This document shows, piece after piece, positions 1 to 11,977 of a DNA stretch of 42,100 bases (position 1 is the first letter of the stretch; each line of letters opens with the position of its first letter). Origin of the DNA: Octopus bimaculoides (Eukaryota); the NCBI RefSeq assembly GCF_001194135.2, contig NC_068987.1, positions 37,549,264-37,591,363 of the forward strand. The letters run 5' to 3'. Under the pieces are notes generated by a model. The model searched no databases, had not been told where the DNA came from, and worked only from the letters and a program-made list of their open reading frames with translations. Both the position numbers and the translations under genes were made by a program.

Positions 1-159
1 GTGTGTGTGTGTGCGTGTGCGTGCGTGCGTGTGTGTGTATGTGTGTGTGTGTGTGTGAGTGTGTGTGTGCGTGCGTATGCGTTTGTGTATTACTCAAAAA
101 TGGACACAAAAAGATAGAGCATGTGCGGCAGAAAATGAAATAGATAGCTGCAGTTAAAG

Positions 160-207
<48 letters not shown>

Positions 208-235
208 AGAGTGCAAAAAACAGAGAGAGAGAAGA
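1..235. repeat. (GT)n and (GA)n microsatellites
   Basis: Direct reading; they explain the low-complexity ORFs 90..401 and 154..603. Confidence 0.95.
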
Positions 236-470
236 GGAGAGAAGGAGAACATATAATAGAGAGAGAAAAAGAGAAACTTGAAATGGTAAAGCTGTGAACG
301 CAGATCAGGAGGAGAGGTAAAATAGTTAGAATAGCAAAACAATAAGTGCCAGGCCTGGTAGAAGTGAAGTACATACAAAATGGCGAGGAGAAGATGGACA
401 TACATACATATATGCTTTATATGCTTTACATACATACATATATTTATTTGTTTATCCATCTGTATACATA

Positions 471-708
471 GGAAGGGGTGCTGAAAAGTTCCTGGCTCTA
501 AGGGTGTCGCGAAAGGCCTGGTTGGTGCCTTTCGAGATATCCTTAGACCCACAACTCCCGAGGTCTTTTTACTGGGTTTACAAAAGCTGAAGGACCGCAG
601 CAATAAGTGTGTGGACCCGAGAAGGGAATATGTTGAATAGAATAAAATTAACTGGTCCTTCTGTATTTCCAGTTAATTAAAGACAAGAACTTTCCAGCAC
701 CTCCCTCG
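471..708 (+). mobile_element. Mariner-derived MITE / internal-deletion derivative
   Basis: TA-flanked (469-470, 709-710). Imperfect TIRs GGAAGGGGTGCTGAAAAGTTC / GAACTTTCCAGCACCTCCCTCG. About 566-640 translates FLLGLQKLKDRSNKCVDPRREYVE*, a typical mariner transposase C-terminus. Confidence 0.8.
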
Positions 709-970
709 TACATACATACATAGAGAGAGAGAGAGAGAGAGAGAGAAAGAATAAAAGATAAAGAGATAGTGAGAGAGAAAGAAAGAGAGAGAGAGAGAGG
801 GAGAGAGAGAGAGAGAGAGCAATTAATGTATCTTACTTAACATAAATATTCTATAAGAAAACCACAACACTGCGATATTCATCTTGAGAAACCATCTCGT
901 GTAGACACGTGGTGCTAAAAGGCACAAATGTCTCAGAAGCAGACGAAAAGCATCCAGCAGCGGGATGGAA

Positions 971-1016
971 TTACTAGATCCGGGATTTCTGCGCATTTGT
1001 GCATCATCAGTAGCAA
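971..1016 (-). ncRNA. Minimal type-I hammerhead ribozyme motif
   Basis: Minus strand: UUGCUA-CUGAUGA-UGCAC AAAU GCGCA-GAAA-UCCCGGA-UC^UAGUAA. Stem I 6 bp (one GU), stem II 4/5 bp, near-palindromic stem III, AUC cleavage triplet. Confidence 0.7.
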
Positions 1017-1041
1017 GCTACCACTATCACCGCATGCTGAG

Positions 1042-1045
<4 letters not shown>

Positions 1046-1086
<41 letters not shown>

Positions 1087-1180
1087 CATGCATGTACGTA
1101 TGTATGTATGTATGTATGTATGTATGTATGTATGCATGCATGCATGCCTGCATGTATGTATGTATGTATGTATGTATGTA
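1046..1180. repeat. (AT)n and (GTAT)n microsatellites
   Basis: Direct reading. Confidence 0.95.
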
Positions 1181-3325
1181 CGTGGATCCTGGGCTAGTAA
1201 ACCAAAATTAAAGGACACTCTTTAACACTGGAATAAAGTGGTACAATTATTATTGATTTAGAAGTTTATCAAATGGACATCGAGGCTTGTCTATGTCTAT
1301 TATGAACTAGAAATTTTTACAAGGAACCTTTATTATTGCCCAAAAATTTTCTTCTGCATTCAGAGCATGCACAAAGGAACTTTGAAGTTGGAAAAATATA
1401 TTTTCCTTTTCAGTATACTGAAATATAGGAGTCACTTCTGTCACCTTCTGATTACCTGTGGCACGTATGCATACATACGCAACCAAACACATCAATATAC
1501 ATATCAATGGAGCGATAGAGAGCAAGAAAGATGAGGAAAGGGAGAAAGAGAGAATGAAAGACGAGTGGAGTGAAAGACGTGGAGAGAATTCAGAAAAATT
1601 AAAGTTCTAGAAGATGTTTTTTAGGGAGGGGGAGTTAAGATGAAAAAAAAAGTGAAAATGGTTGAAAGTATTTAAACATAGATTTATAGAAACCTATATT
1701 AGGCCAAAGCTATTTAGGCAAACCGTTTACTTTTCTTGTCCTTCGATGATAACAAACTGTCTTCTCTAATTTTCAATTATTCCACTTCCAAAAGAAAAAA
1801 ACACGCAATATTCACATGTTACTGTACTAAAGAGAAATTACAACCTAAAAAGCTACATCTCTACATTCCTGAAAAATAAATTAATCCAGCATTAATCCCA
1901 TCCTAAGAGGGTGCCAAAATATGATAGCTTCTGCAAAGGGAGATCAACTGAACCACGGATGTAACGTGAAAAATTGTTTACTCCAGATGAGATTCTCAAA
2001 GTTATTCCCATCGTTTTCATAAACCACTAAGTTTTCTGCAAAGTACAAATGGTGCAACGAAAGAGATTCCAACAAAAGCAGTAGTTCTTTTGAGAGACAT
2101 TCTAGTTCCCTTTCTCTTTGTGATTGGAGTTAATTACTTCCTTAGTGAAAGTTTTAATTCCATCAAAGTCAAAAGCCACACCATCAAGTAAAAGTGATCA
2201 AGATATCAGCAGATCGTGTATATCTTTGACCTTGAATATTTTTATGATCTCGTTCCTCTAACAATTAACAGTGTGATGCACAAGACTTGTTAACATCTCT
2301 TGAAATACTGCAACCAAAGTTTGTCTGTTTCTTAATGCAAAACAAACTGAATTCTTAACAAAACACGATAAAAAAGCCATCTGACAATCTGATCCAACGA
2401 TTGTTCACAACTCAAGGAGTTCAGTGACTTAAGTGCTTTGTGTCCTATGTTGCTGACAGGAAAGAAGAATTCTTTGCACGCAAGGGATTAGCCTGGAGTC
2501 CCTGCAGCAATTTTCAAAACAACTGAATCAAATGTTTCAAAATCAAGACGGCTTACTTTTTCAGTGCATGTGTAGAATGCATTCATCGTAAAGAAGGACC
2601 ATGCACGTGGCTTCTAATGAAGACTCTTAACATCTCGTGGCGTAAGTACAAGTGCGAGAGGAAATTTATGAACACACTTCAACCCTCTCTATTATTGCTC
2701 AACGCAGGGTAGATTTTGCTGACTATTACTATTCTGCTAACTACGGGCTATATGTTATATTTTAGGGATGTCCGTACTAAAATAGAAAGACGAAAACCAT
2801 TTGATTACATTGTTGTTATTGGCAGAGACATACATGAAACTGAAGATCTACCAGTATGGTTGTGAAATTTTCGTTCTCGTCTAAGGTTCACACACATTAT
2901 CGGAAAACATTACTACAACACTCAGCTTTCCTACCCAAATCAAACAAACACAAAAATCACTTAGAAATAGCTGCAACATCAATAGCCACATTAATCTCAA
3001 TATGCTATTAAGTTCAGAGAACACCAAACGTTACGTTTTCAGACTATTTTGCTCACTTCTGCCACTACTAGAAGCAATGGCCGTAAGAAACAAACACTGG
3101 ACTGGAGACGATGCATGTCATATACAGACATACTGTACTCCAAATATTTCAGTGCTGCTGTTGGAGTGTACAGTGTGGTCTTCAACTAAGTGGAATTATG
3201 GTATAACTGTCAGAAATCTGTGAGTCAGACTGAATCGATTGGCTGAATACTTTGCCTGATGTATAAGCTAGTTTGATCAAGGTTGACCTAAGGCTATATA
3301 ACACCACCACCACCACCACCACCAC

Positions 3326-3402
3326 NNNNNNNNNNNNNNNNNNNNNNNNNNNNNNNNNNNNNNNNNNNNNNNNNNNNNNNNNNNNNNNNNNNNNNNNNNN
3401 NN
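3326..3402. other. Assembly gap (N run); others at 17379-18099, 22489-22498, 28541-28692, 29360-29525, 31976-32382
   Basis: N characters; gap lengths are scaffold estimates. Confidence 1.
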
Positions 3403-3420
3403 GTCTGAATTGTTATTATT

Positions 3421-3636
3421 GGCGTGCTGGCTGAATCGTTAGCACGCCGGGCAAAATGCTTAGCAGCATTTCGTTCGTCTTTACATTCTGGGTTCAAATT
3501 CCGCTGAGGTCGACTTTGTCTTTCATTCTTTCGGGGTCGATAAAATAAGTAGCAGTTGAACACAAGGATCAATGCAATCGAGTTACTTCCTCCCTCCGAA
3601 CTTTCTGGCCTTGTGCGAAAATTTGAAACCATTATT
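3421..3636 (+). mobile_element. tRNA-derived SINE, family A
   Basis: A-box-like TGGCTGAATCGTTAG, B-box-like GGGTTCAAATTCC, body GTCGACTTTG..TTTCGGGGTCGATAAAATAAG, tail GGCCTTGTGCGAAAATTTGAAACC; shared with several other copies here. Confidence 0.85.
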
Positions 3637-5249
3637 AATTTTGTTACTCCACTTTCTTCAGAGATAGTTAATCTGAAGCTGATCGAGTGCTTACGAGCTA
3701 AGAATCTTAGAAGAGCTTTATGGTGTGATGTGGTGGATATGGAATAGTGATGGGAATTAGGTAGCGTTATTAAACAGAGCAGAAACAATAGACATGATTT
3801 GGAAGATGGGCTGAAGTATAGTTTTGAGCCCCTGAGTATCGTTAGGAATACCTCTCATCTACTGATAACTTCTTTTTGACGACTTTTATCTCTCACTACA
3901 CTTCTTTAAAAACATCTACTTCACACCACTCCTCTCTGAAAACACCTACCTCACACCGTCACCGCTACCATTCTGAAGTCATCAGCTCCACACCACTCTT
4001 CTCTGAAGTCATATTCAGTGCCTTCAACTGCCACTACTCCTCTTGAATCTCGCACTTTGACAGCTCGGATGCTACTGGCACTGAAGCCAAATCTCTCTGC
4101 AACAGTTAATATTATTACCTATTCGTATTCCAATCGATACTCAGGTTCTCCTTATACACTTCACTCATCTCATCCTGTCTTTACTAAACCTTCACTGTAA
4201 CTGTTCTTATCTAACTAATCATGTACCCAAAACCCATCAATATTCTGTACGATTCCACTCACACCCCAAAGCATTCCTAACACACTTCAAGTTAACAAGT
4301 CGATAGCGAATGTAAAACTCAGCTAGTTTTAAATTAACTATCTCTGAAATAAATCTACTTCAGCCCTTTGAGTCGAGATGTCTAAAAAGTGCAACTTTTA
4401 AGCATTTTCTTTCACATTTCATAAACGGAAAAATCTCATAACCTCAAATACTCTAAGAGAGTTATGCTGCATTAGTACAGGCGAAAAATAGTCTATCAGA
4501 CTTGTGAAAACTGACCCACCTCAAAAATCGGTCAAAATCGACTCCAAATCCTACAAGAATCCATAAAAAAGCAAAATCTGTTTTCGTGCATAACATTGCC
4601 TGTAGTTTCTTCTTCCTCTTAGTCTCCCTTCGATCTCCCACTCTCTTCCCGCCTCGTCTTCCCTGTTCTTGGCCACAAAATCCACTAAATCTTGTCGAAT
4701 CCCCTTCCAATCACTGTTCAATCATGATGATTTCGTAAGCTGTACTTCTGCTTTTCATACAACACCATTTGACACACATTCAACAAATCCTCTCTAAAAA
4801 TAATGCACTCCACCAGTCTGACCACTAGGCATACATACATAACTCAACAAGAACATGTACACACCAAGTGTGCATGTATCCCAGTTATACAGACACAAGT
4901 TTGGAAACACCTGAGTTCCCATCCCATCAATCCAACAATGTCATCTGCCTCGAAAAATGCCTCTTCAATCTCTTTTTGGTTTGTCAGTCTGTTCAAACAT
5001 GCAGCAATATATCCCTTTCTTAAGAAGGCAAACATTTGAACATGCCTATTATCCTGACCCATCACGTTCAAATGTGATGGAGATAATGGAAATAGTCATA
5101 AACAATCATCTTCAAGATTTTTATTCTCCCTCACCTCCCCCCCCTCTCTCTCTCCCTTTCCCGCTCTCACTCATTCCCTTGTACGTCTTCCGTACGTAGA
5201 GACAGATCTACCAGAGATCCCTTATATTACCAATGTTTTCTCTTCACTC

Positions 5250-5780
5250 ACAAATTCCCCGAAGCAATGCCTCCGTACATGACATCAACAACTCTTTTGA
5301 TCATATATAGCCGTAAATCTGCTAGCGAAGCTGTCTGCTTATGGGATCCCTCCATCTTTTATATATTGGATTAGTAGCTTGGTAACAGTCCTCATAATTG
5401 CTGTATATTCCAACATTAACTATCGACTAGTTGTGTATAGTAACAGGTCTCTTCCTAACCCCTACTGTATCAACTTTAATGTTCCTTAAGATTATGTCAT
5501 GTACTCCACACTCTTCCTACACAATAATTTGCTTGCTATCACTTTTAACAATGCTCCTCTCTATACTGACAATATTACTCTCCGCCTTTAGTAACCTTCG
5601 TCACGCAGACCACCTAGATACTTCGCAAACACCTGACACTGTCTCTATGAACAGAACCTCTTGAACACTTTAATGAAGATTTGACATTTTTCCACATCAC
5701 AAGTCCACAGCCCCTGCTTATATCAAGGAAAAACCCTTTGTGCCCCACTTCTCTATTTCTAGACAATAAGTAAAATCTTG
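5250..5780 (-). mobile_element. Highly degenerate CR1/L2-like LINE ORF2 C-terminal fragment
   Basis: Stop-riddled minus translation KCQIF...LLKVIASKLLCRKSVEYMT..GTLKLIQ.GLGRDLLLYTT..LMLEY resembles the post-RT region of CR1/L2 elements; by-eye similarity only. Confidence 0.35.
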
Positions 5781-6279
5781 AAAATAGGTGAAAGTGTTAG
5801 GTCTCACAATTGAAGTTGATCACTTCTGGCGATTCCATCTGGTAAAAGCTGAGTCCCAAACTCCGCCTTCCTCTTCTGTTTCATAAAAATACTTCAGCTC
5901 TGTATAATGATCGAGTAAGGTCCGCAACAGAGTGTTCCAGCAGCAGATTACTACTCCTATAATAGCGAACTGATGCTACTATTGACTACTGTTCATACAA
6001 TGGAGTACTGTTCCCACATAGAGTGTTGTTGCTCCGATTCAGTATTGCTTCCCCACATGGGGGAGACTACATGTGAATGCGGACCTCTAACCAACTGACA
6101 AAAACTCAGTCACGAACACATTAATCTCTCCTCCACATGTTTTCTCATGTTTCAGCATACCACCTCCACCTAGGTCCACTTGATACACATGCACGCGCGC
6201 GCGCGCGCACACACACACATACACACACAAACAACAGTAACAACAACATCATCATCAACAGCAACAACACGTCTCTAGG

Positions 6280-6470
6280 CAATTACTCGATATGCTCGAA
6301 ATAGCCGTAAAATCTTCGCCAAATCACACTCTACTATCTCAAGAAAAAAAAAAGGATACAATAGGGAGTGTAGCCATACATAACTTTAAGAAGTGATGGC
6401 TACAGATAGAATGCGTTTGATCATAGGTTTTCTCGATCACAATTGACCTGTGGCTAAATAACAACAACTC
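6280..6470 (+). repeat. Interspersed repeat ending GACCTGTGGCTAAATAACAACAAC
   Basis: Tail resembles ~3270-3300 (TTTGATCAAGGTTGACCTAAGGCTATATAAC); 5' part resembles CTGCTAGAAATAGCAGCCAAATCTTCC at ~9175-9201. Confidence 0.45.
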
Positions 6471-6829
6471 GACACTACAGTCAGTCCTATTGTCGTCAAT
6501 CCTACTGCTGTACTTGAAAACTCTGCTCGCACTGACCTCTGTTCCCTCTAGAATATTTTACACTACAAGCTTTGACTTACTTTGAATGTAAACTACATTG
6601 ATCTGGTTAGTATTTGTGTGAACTGCTGCATCAAGGATGACCTAGGGTCAAACAAAAGCCTACATAGAATTTAGTCACGTGGGGAAAAGTACAGCGTTTA
6701 TTTTATCGCTCCATATACAGAAAAAGCCGGACAAATCTAATTAGTTTCTTACAGTTCTTCAAGTTTCATTTGAGAAAGTTTACACATCTTCAGTTGACGG
6801 CGAGAATTATAGTAATTTATCGTGTAAAT

Positions 6830-6990
6830 CAGTGGTTCTCAACCACTTTTTACCTATGAACCCCTTTGCTTCCAATTTTACTCCACTGGACCCTAATAAA
6901 CATTCGATGTTTAAAAAACTCCCATTATATTTTTATAATTAAATATTATTAGGAATTGTATTAAAAAAATTAACATATTTTGTGCATTGT
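6830..6990 (+). mobile_element. Possible hAT-type MITE end (single TIR)
   Basis: CAGTGGTTCTCAACC at 6830-6844 is a typical hAT/Charlie-type terminus; no nearby partner TIR seen. Confidence 0.3.
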
Positions 6991-7164
6991 AGAGAAGTAT
7001 AACCAAAATATTTTTTTACATAACAAAAGATGCGCATAACAAAAGAAGCGCTGACGAAACGTAGAATAATTAATATTGTGTGTGTATATGTGCGCGCGCG
7101 CATGTGTGCGCGTGTGTAGGTATTTGTGCACGGGTGTGTGTATAATTATTGTGATTTAGTTGTA

Positions 7165-7642
7165 CAGTAATTCCTCCACTATCGCAGGAGTTACGTTCCA
7201 AAAAACCCCACGATAGGTGAAAATCCGCGAAGTAGAAATAGCACTGTACTGCATATTTTTTTTTATTTTTATAATTTGTATATATTTATTTTATTATAAA
7301 TGCAAAACAACTCTACACGTTCGCCTCCTGAGTTTCGTTTTCCATACAGTATGTGCGATTCTTTGCCTTAGGTACACTACGTATTTTCTTTTGAAATATT
7401 AAGTGTTATACTGAGCAGTGCTGTACTGTATTTTTATTTATTAATTTATTAGTTTTTAACCGTGAAAATGCTTATTTTACCACAGAAATAATAGAAATCT
7501 AAAAAAATACAAATACCTATCGGCCGCAGAAACCCGCGATATACTGAGGGATCTGCGATATAAATTTACAAATATTAGCCAGAAAAATCCGCGGTGTACT
7601 GAGGGCGCGATAGGTGAACCGCGATATGGCGAGTGATTACTG
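7165..7642. mobile_element. pogo/Tigger-like MITE (Tc1/mariner superfamily)
   Basis: TA at 7163-7164 and 7643-7644; imperfect TIRs CAGTAATTCCTCCACTATCGCAGG / CCGCGATATGGCGAGTGATTACTG; repeated internal CCGCGATA motifs. Confidence 0.85.
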
Positions 7643-7861
7643 TATTGTTAACCTATGCTATATGTGTGAGTGGGTGTATTTATGAAAATGTATAAGTCTG
7701 CGTGTGTATGCGCGCGTGCGTCAGTCATATTTGTGTGTATGCGTTGCATCGTAGAAGTGTGTGGGGGTGAGAGAAAGATCCTGGCTATTAATTAACTATA
7801 ATGTAGGCGTGTAATTTAGAGGTTCTTTGGTGCGAACGGCTACCGAAAAGAGTGTCGGAAA

Positions 7862-7863
7862 TA

Positions 7864-7928
<65 letters not shown>

Positions 7929-8146
7929 CTGGTGGTGATAGTACTAGTAGTAGTGGTGGTGGTGGTGGTGGTGATAGTAGTAGTATTAGTAGTAGTTATA
8001 GGGGTGGTAGTGGTGGTGGTTGTGCAGGTGGTGGTCTTAGCAATGACGGTAGTAATACTCTTCATAGTGGTATTGACAGAAGTGATGGTGGTTGCTGTGA
8101 TCGTGGTTTAGTAGTTGTAGTTATAGTGATCGTAGTTCATTGTCGC

Positions 8147-8179
<33 letters not shown>

Positions 8180-8360
8180 ATTGATGGTAGTGAAAATGCT
8201 GTCGGTGTTGATGTAGGTGTAGCTGGTGGCGTTGACGTTGATCGTGTTTGTGTTAGAGTAAGTAGTGGTGGTATTGGTGTTGGGGGTGTTGGTGATAATA
8301 TTGGTGACGGAGTGTTGTGGTTGTTGTTGGTGGTGGTGTATTTGGTATGGGGGTGAAAGG
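7862..8360. repeat. (TAG)n, (GTG)n, (GAT)n trinucleotide low-complexity tract
   Basis: Direct reading; explains the poly-T, poly-V and poly-D ORFs. Confidence 0.95.
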
Positions 8361-8847
8361 AGACTGTGGAAGTAAAGGGAGGATGCTTTATATAGTGAGA
8401 AGTAATATACTGTATATCCTAACTTTGCTGAAAGCTATACTCTCCCTGCCTAATTCCACCGTCATCTACCCTACTCTACCATCACCCACCAACTCTAAGA
8501 GTACATGCAACCCCTTCCACCCTGTCCACCCATGTCACTTTGGACCCAACTTAGTAAAGTAGAACGTTCAGTCAGAGATGGTGCTTTGACTGCAACAACG
8601 ACACAAAATCAAAACCCAGTAACAATGTCAATAACAACTAGCGCACCAATAATACAAGCTGTAACAGTCTCCATGTGCCAATGATGAAATAATGCTAGAA
8701 ATAACGACCAAACCTCCCTCAATTTATATAGTATACTATTTCGGAAAAGGCGAGACACTGGATCTTGTTACATTTCTTCCAACAACTTGAAGTTTTTAAA
8801 AATTTTCACCAGATTGTTTTCAAAAAATGTATTTCTGATTTAATACA

Positions 8848-9047
8848 GATGAGCTGGCAGAATCGTTAACACGCTGGACTAAAAGCTTTGTAGCATTTCG
8901 TCCGTCTTAAACGTTCTGAGTTAAAATTCCGCCAAGGTCGAGTTTGCCTTTTATTCTTTCGGAGTCAATAAAAGAAGTACCAGATGTAATCGACTTATTC
9001 ACTCCCCTGAAATTGCTGGACTTGTGCCAACATTTGAAACTAATAAT
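8848..9047 (+). mobile_element. SINE family A copy
   Basis: Colinear with 3421-3636 with an internal deletion. Confidence 0.8.
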
Positions 9048-9063
9048 ACAGAGATTGCAAGCA

Positions 9064-9435
9064 GTTAAAGATAATTTTAACCAATCGCATGACAAGATCG
9101 TTGACATTTTGTCTGTGCTGATTTCTATTGTCGTAGAAATTAGCAAACACGAAACATTTATGTGGTCTCTCAATCTGCTAGAAATAGCAGCCAAATCTTC
9201 CTTAAACTACACTATAGCGTCAAAAATCAAAAAGAACATAACATTTGTGATCTCTATTTGGGTCTGCATCAAGCGAGGGAACAAAGGGTGCTTCAAGGAA
9301 GATTTTACTGCTATTTCTAGCAGACTGAGACGCAATATAAATGTTTTGAGTGTGCTGATCTCCATTGCAATAGAGATCAGCAATGACAATATGTCAACTA
9401 TCTAGTCATACGACTGATTAGAATTACGTAACTTA
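9064..9435. repeat. Fold-back element: ~143-bp inverted arms (9064-9206 / 9292-9435), ~85-bp spacer
   Basis: Reverse complement of the right arm aligns along the left arm; the ORF track gives near-identical peptides on opposite strands (LNLLEIAAKSSL vs LSLLEIAVKSSL). Confidence 0.85.
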
Positions 9436-9894
9436 AATACTTGCAACTTCTATTAATTTTTAGAAAAAAAATCAATGCGATTTTTATCAAAATGCAAAAT
9501 CTACATCGGAATTACGTTTTTTGAAAATAATCTAATAAAATTATCAAAAACTTCAAGAAGTTGAAAGAAATTTAACAAGATCTGACATATTTGATAATTT
9601 AGCCCGTGGTACGCAATACCCAAAGATATTGGAGCATATTGGTTTGTGCACTGAGAGCTGACCTTGGGCAGCAATACACACTTTAGCTGTGGTGTATGCT
9701 CTGTCGATTTCGTTGATAGCGATTAAGTCGTTCTTATTCAGGAAATTAACATGTAAATGACCGAGTATTCCACAGACATGCATACCCTGAATCAGCGTGT
9801 CGGTGAGACATAAGGTTATGACATTTTTTTCAATACATGACAGATACAATACAAAGACTCAAAAGAGAGAGGAGGTGGAGAAAGACGGACATTT

Positions 9895-10050
9895 TTACCC
9901 CACCCCACAGTACTGAATAGGTACATTATTTGTTGATGTTGAAAGAATGAAAGACACGATTCACTCGATGAAATTTGAACACAGAGCACAGATAGCTAAA
10001 ACAAATAACACAAGACAGTCAGTCTGACGCTTTACCGACTCCGCTAAGTT
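9895..10050 (-). mobile_element. Old, degenerate SINE family A copy
   Basis: CAGTACTGAATAGGTACATTATTTGTTGATGTTGAAAGAATGAAAG..GAAATTTGAACACAGA matches the family A body with many substitutions. Confidence 0.5.
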
Positions 10051-10440
10051 GACACATTAGCATCAACTAAAAACACTGCAGCAGGAGGTGCGACAATAAC
10101 ATCGTTAACAAAGACAACGACAACAATGAACGCACGAACACTACATTTCTTGACTGGTACTTTAAGCATTTTGCCCAACGCACGAAATTTGAAAGTGTTT
10201 AGTTACAAAAAATTAATTTCTTGATCTGCCGATCAAAGGGAAAAGATCCCAAATTTCTCTTAGAAGACATGAGCTCACACGTAGCTTAGCAGCAAGTAAA
10301 TTATGTCGTGATATATATTTACCTCTCTTTCTGTCTTAATTTCAGTATCAATGGCGTCGATTTTCCTTCAATTCTTCCGAAGTCGTTAAAGTAAATACAA
10401 TAAGCAATTTTCTGTCATCATACTGGGAATAGAGTTTGAA

Positions 10441-10648
10441 AATATTGATTTCAAATTTTAGCACAGGGACAGCAGTTTCGGGGAAGGAGGTAAACCGATT
10501 ACATTGATCCAGTGCTCAGTTGGTACTTATTTTTATCGGCTCCGAAAGGATGAAAGGCAAAATCGACCCCGGTGACACTGGAACTCAAAACGTAAAGTTA
10601 AACTCGGAAGAAATACTTCAAAGCATTTTGTCCGGCGTGATAACTGTT
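10441..10648 (-). mobile_element. SINE family A copy
   Basis: Reverse complement of family A body and tail. Confidence 0.8.
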
Positions 10649-10670
10649 AATATTTTATATATTTCGTGAA

Positions 10671-10886
10671 GGCGGCAAGCCAAAAGTATCATTATCACGC
10701 CGGGCAAAATGCTTAGCGGCACTTCGCCCGTCTTTACTCTCTAAGTTTAAATTCCGCTGAGGTCAACTTTTCTTTCATCTTTTCGGGGTCGATAAAATAA
10801 GTGCCATTGGAATACTGGAGTCGGTGTGATCGACTTATCCTCTGTTCCAAAATTGCTGCTTTGTGCCAAATTTTGAAATCAATATT
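10671..10886 (+). mobile_element. SINE family A copy
   Basis: Near full-length, head GGCGGCAAGC to tail GAAATCAATATT. Confidence 0.85.
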
Positions 10887-11065
10887 TTATATATTTCGGG
10901 AAGTACAGGAGACGATTCCCAACATGTCCCGATCTTGTTATGTACTCAACAGTAAATCAGCGAATCCATGGGACTTACTGAAGTACAATCAATGAATCTA
11001 TCAGCAAATATTTAAACATTGACCAAATTATTTATACTCAGATACTTTTCTCGGTTTATCGTGTA

Positions 11066-11458
11066 TTTTTACTGGTTTCAGTCATTGACTGCGACCATGC
11101 TTGGGCGTCGCCTTAAAGTGCTTCGTCGAACATATTGACCCCAGTACTTATGTGATCGTTAACTTTTGCCGAACCTTAAAGTGACGTGGATGTAAACAAA
11201 CCAAGACAGATAGTTAAAAGGTGGGGGACACTCATAAAGACAGACATGCACACACATATACACATAGATGTATGTATGTATGTTTGTATGTATGTACGAC
11301 GAACTACCACACAAGATTCCATCAACCACATTGATTCACGGGGCATTTCACGGTCAAAGGGCTTAATAGAAGATACTTGTCCAAAGTGCCTGCGCAGTGG
11401 AACTAAATCCGAAACAGACGTGATTGCTGAGCGAGCTTCTTAACAGCACAGCCGTGCC
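11066..11458 (-). mobile_element. tRNA-derived SINE, family B
   Basis: Minus head GGCACGGCTGTGCTGTTAAGAAGCTCGC, central (TATG)/(TG) tract, tail GCATGGTCGCAGTCAATGACTGAAACCAGTAAAA; colinear with 34478-34926. Confidence 0.75.
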
Positions 11459-11756
11459 TTCACCTTTCTTCCAGAAATATCAGGATTAGAAGTCAACGAA
11501 ACTTTACTCACGTTACCACCTTCCCACGCGGTATGAAACATCTCTACGGAGCTGTTTATTTAAATCCTAATGGACTATATCTACTGCATAAAAGCTTATC
11601 TATTTGTCACCCGTCTACCAAACATCACTACATCTTAATTCTATTAAGCTTAAGACTACCACATCTCTATAAGGCACGACGAAAATACGAAATTGAGATA
11701 CTCATGATTTTCTCAAGGATTCTATCAGTGATAGTAAGAGGAATATGAATCGATCC

Positions 11757-11977
11757 AATATTGGTTTCAAATTTTGGTATAAGGCCAGCAATTTCTGGGT
11801 AGGGCGAAAGTCGATCATATCGACTTCAGTGCTCAAATCGTACTTATTTTATCGACCCCCGAAAGGATGAAAGGCAAAGTCAACCTCGGCGGAATTTGAA
11901 CTCAGAACGTAAAGATGGACGAAATGTCACTAAGCATTTTATCCGGTGCGGTAATGTTTCCGCCAGTTCGCCACCTT
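11757..11977 (-). mobile_element. SINE family A copy
   Basis: Near full-length reverse complement. Confidence 0.85.

Noticed and set aside
2831-2880. CTGAAGA...GAAA hammerhead-like string
   Set aside because: No room for stem III and an NUH triplet before the stem I partner.
6760-6800. Minus-strand CTGAAGA...GAAACTTGAAG
   Set aside because: No stem II pairing and no UH cleavage site.
7061-7074. CTGACGAAACGTAG
   Set aside because: Core halves overlap with no stem II; chance match.
9553-9849. 98-aa minus-strand ORF in unique-looking DNA
   Set aside because: No recognisable motif or convincing splice sites; cannot be supported without a search.
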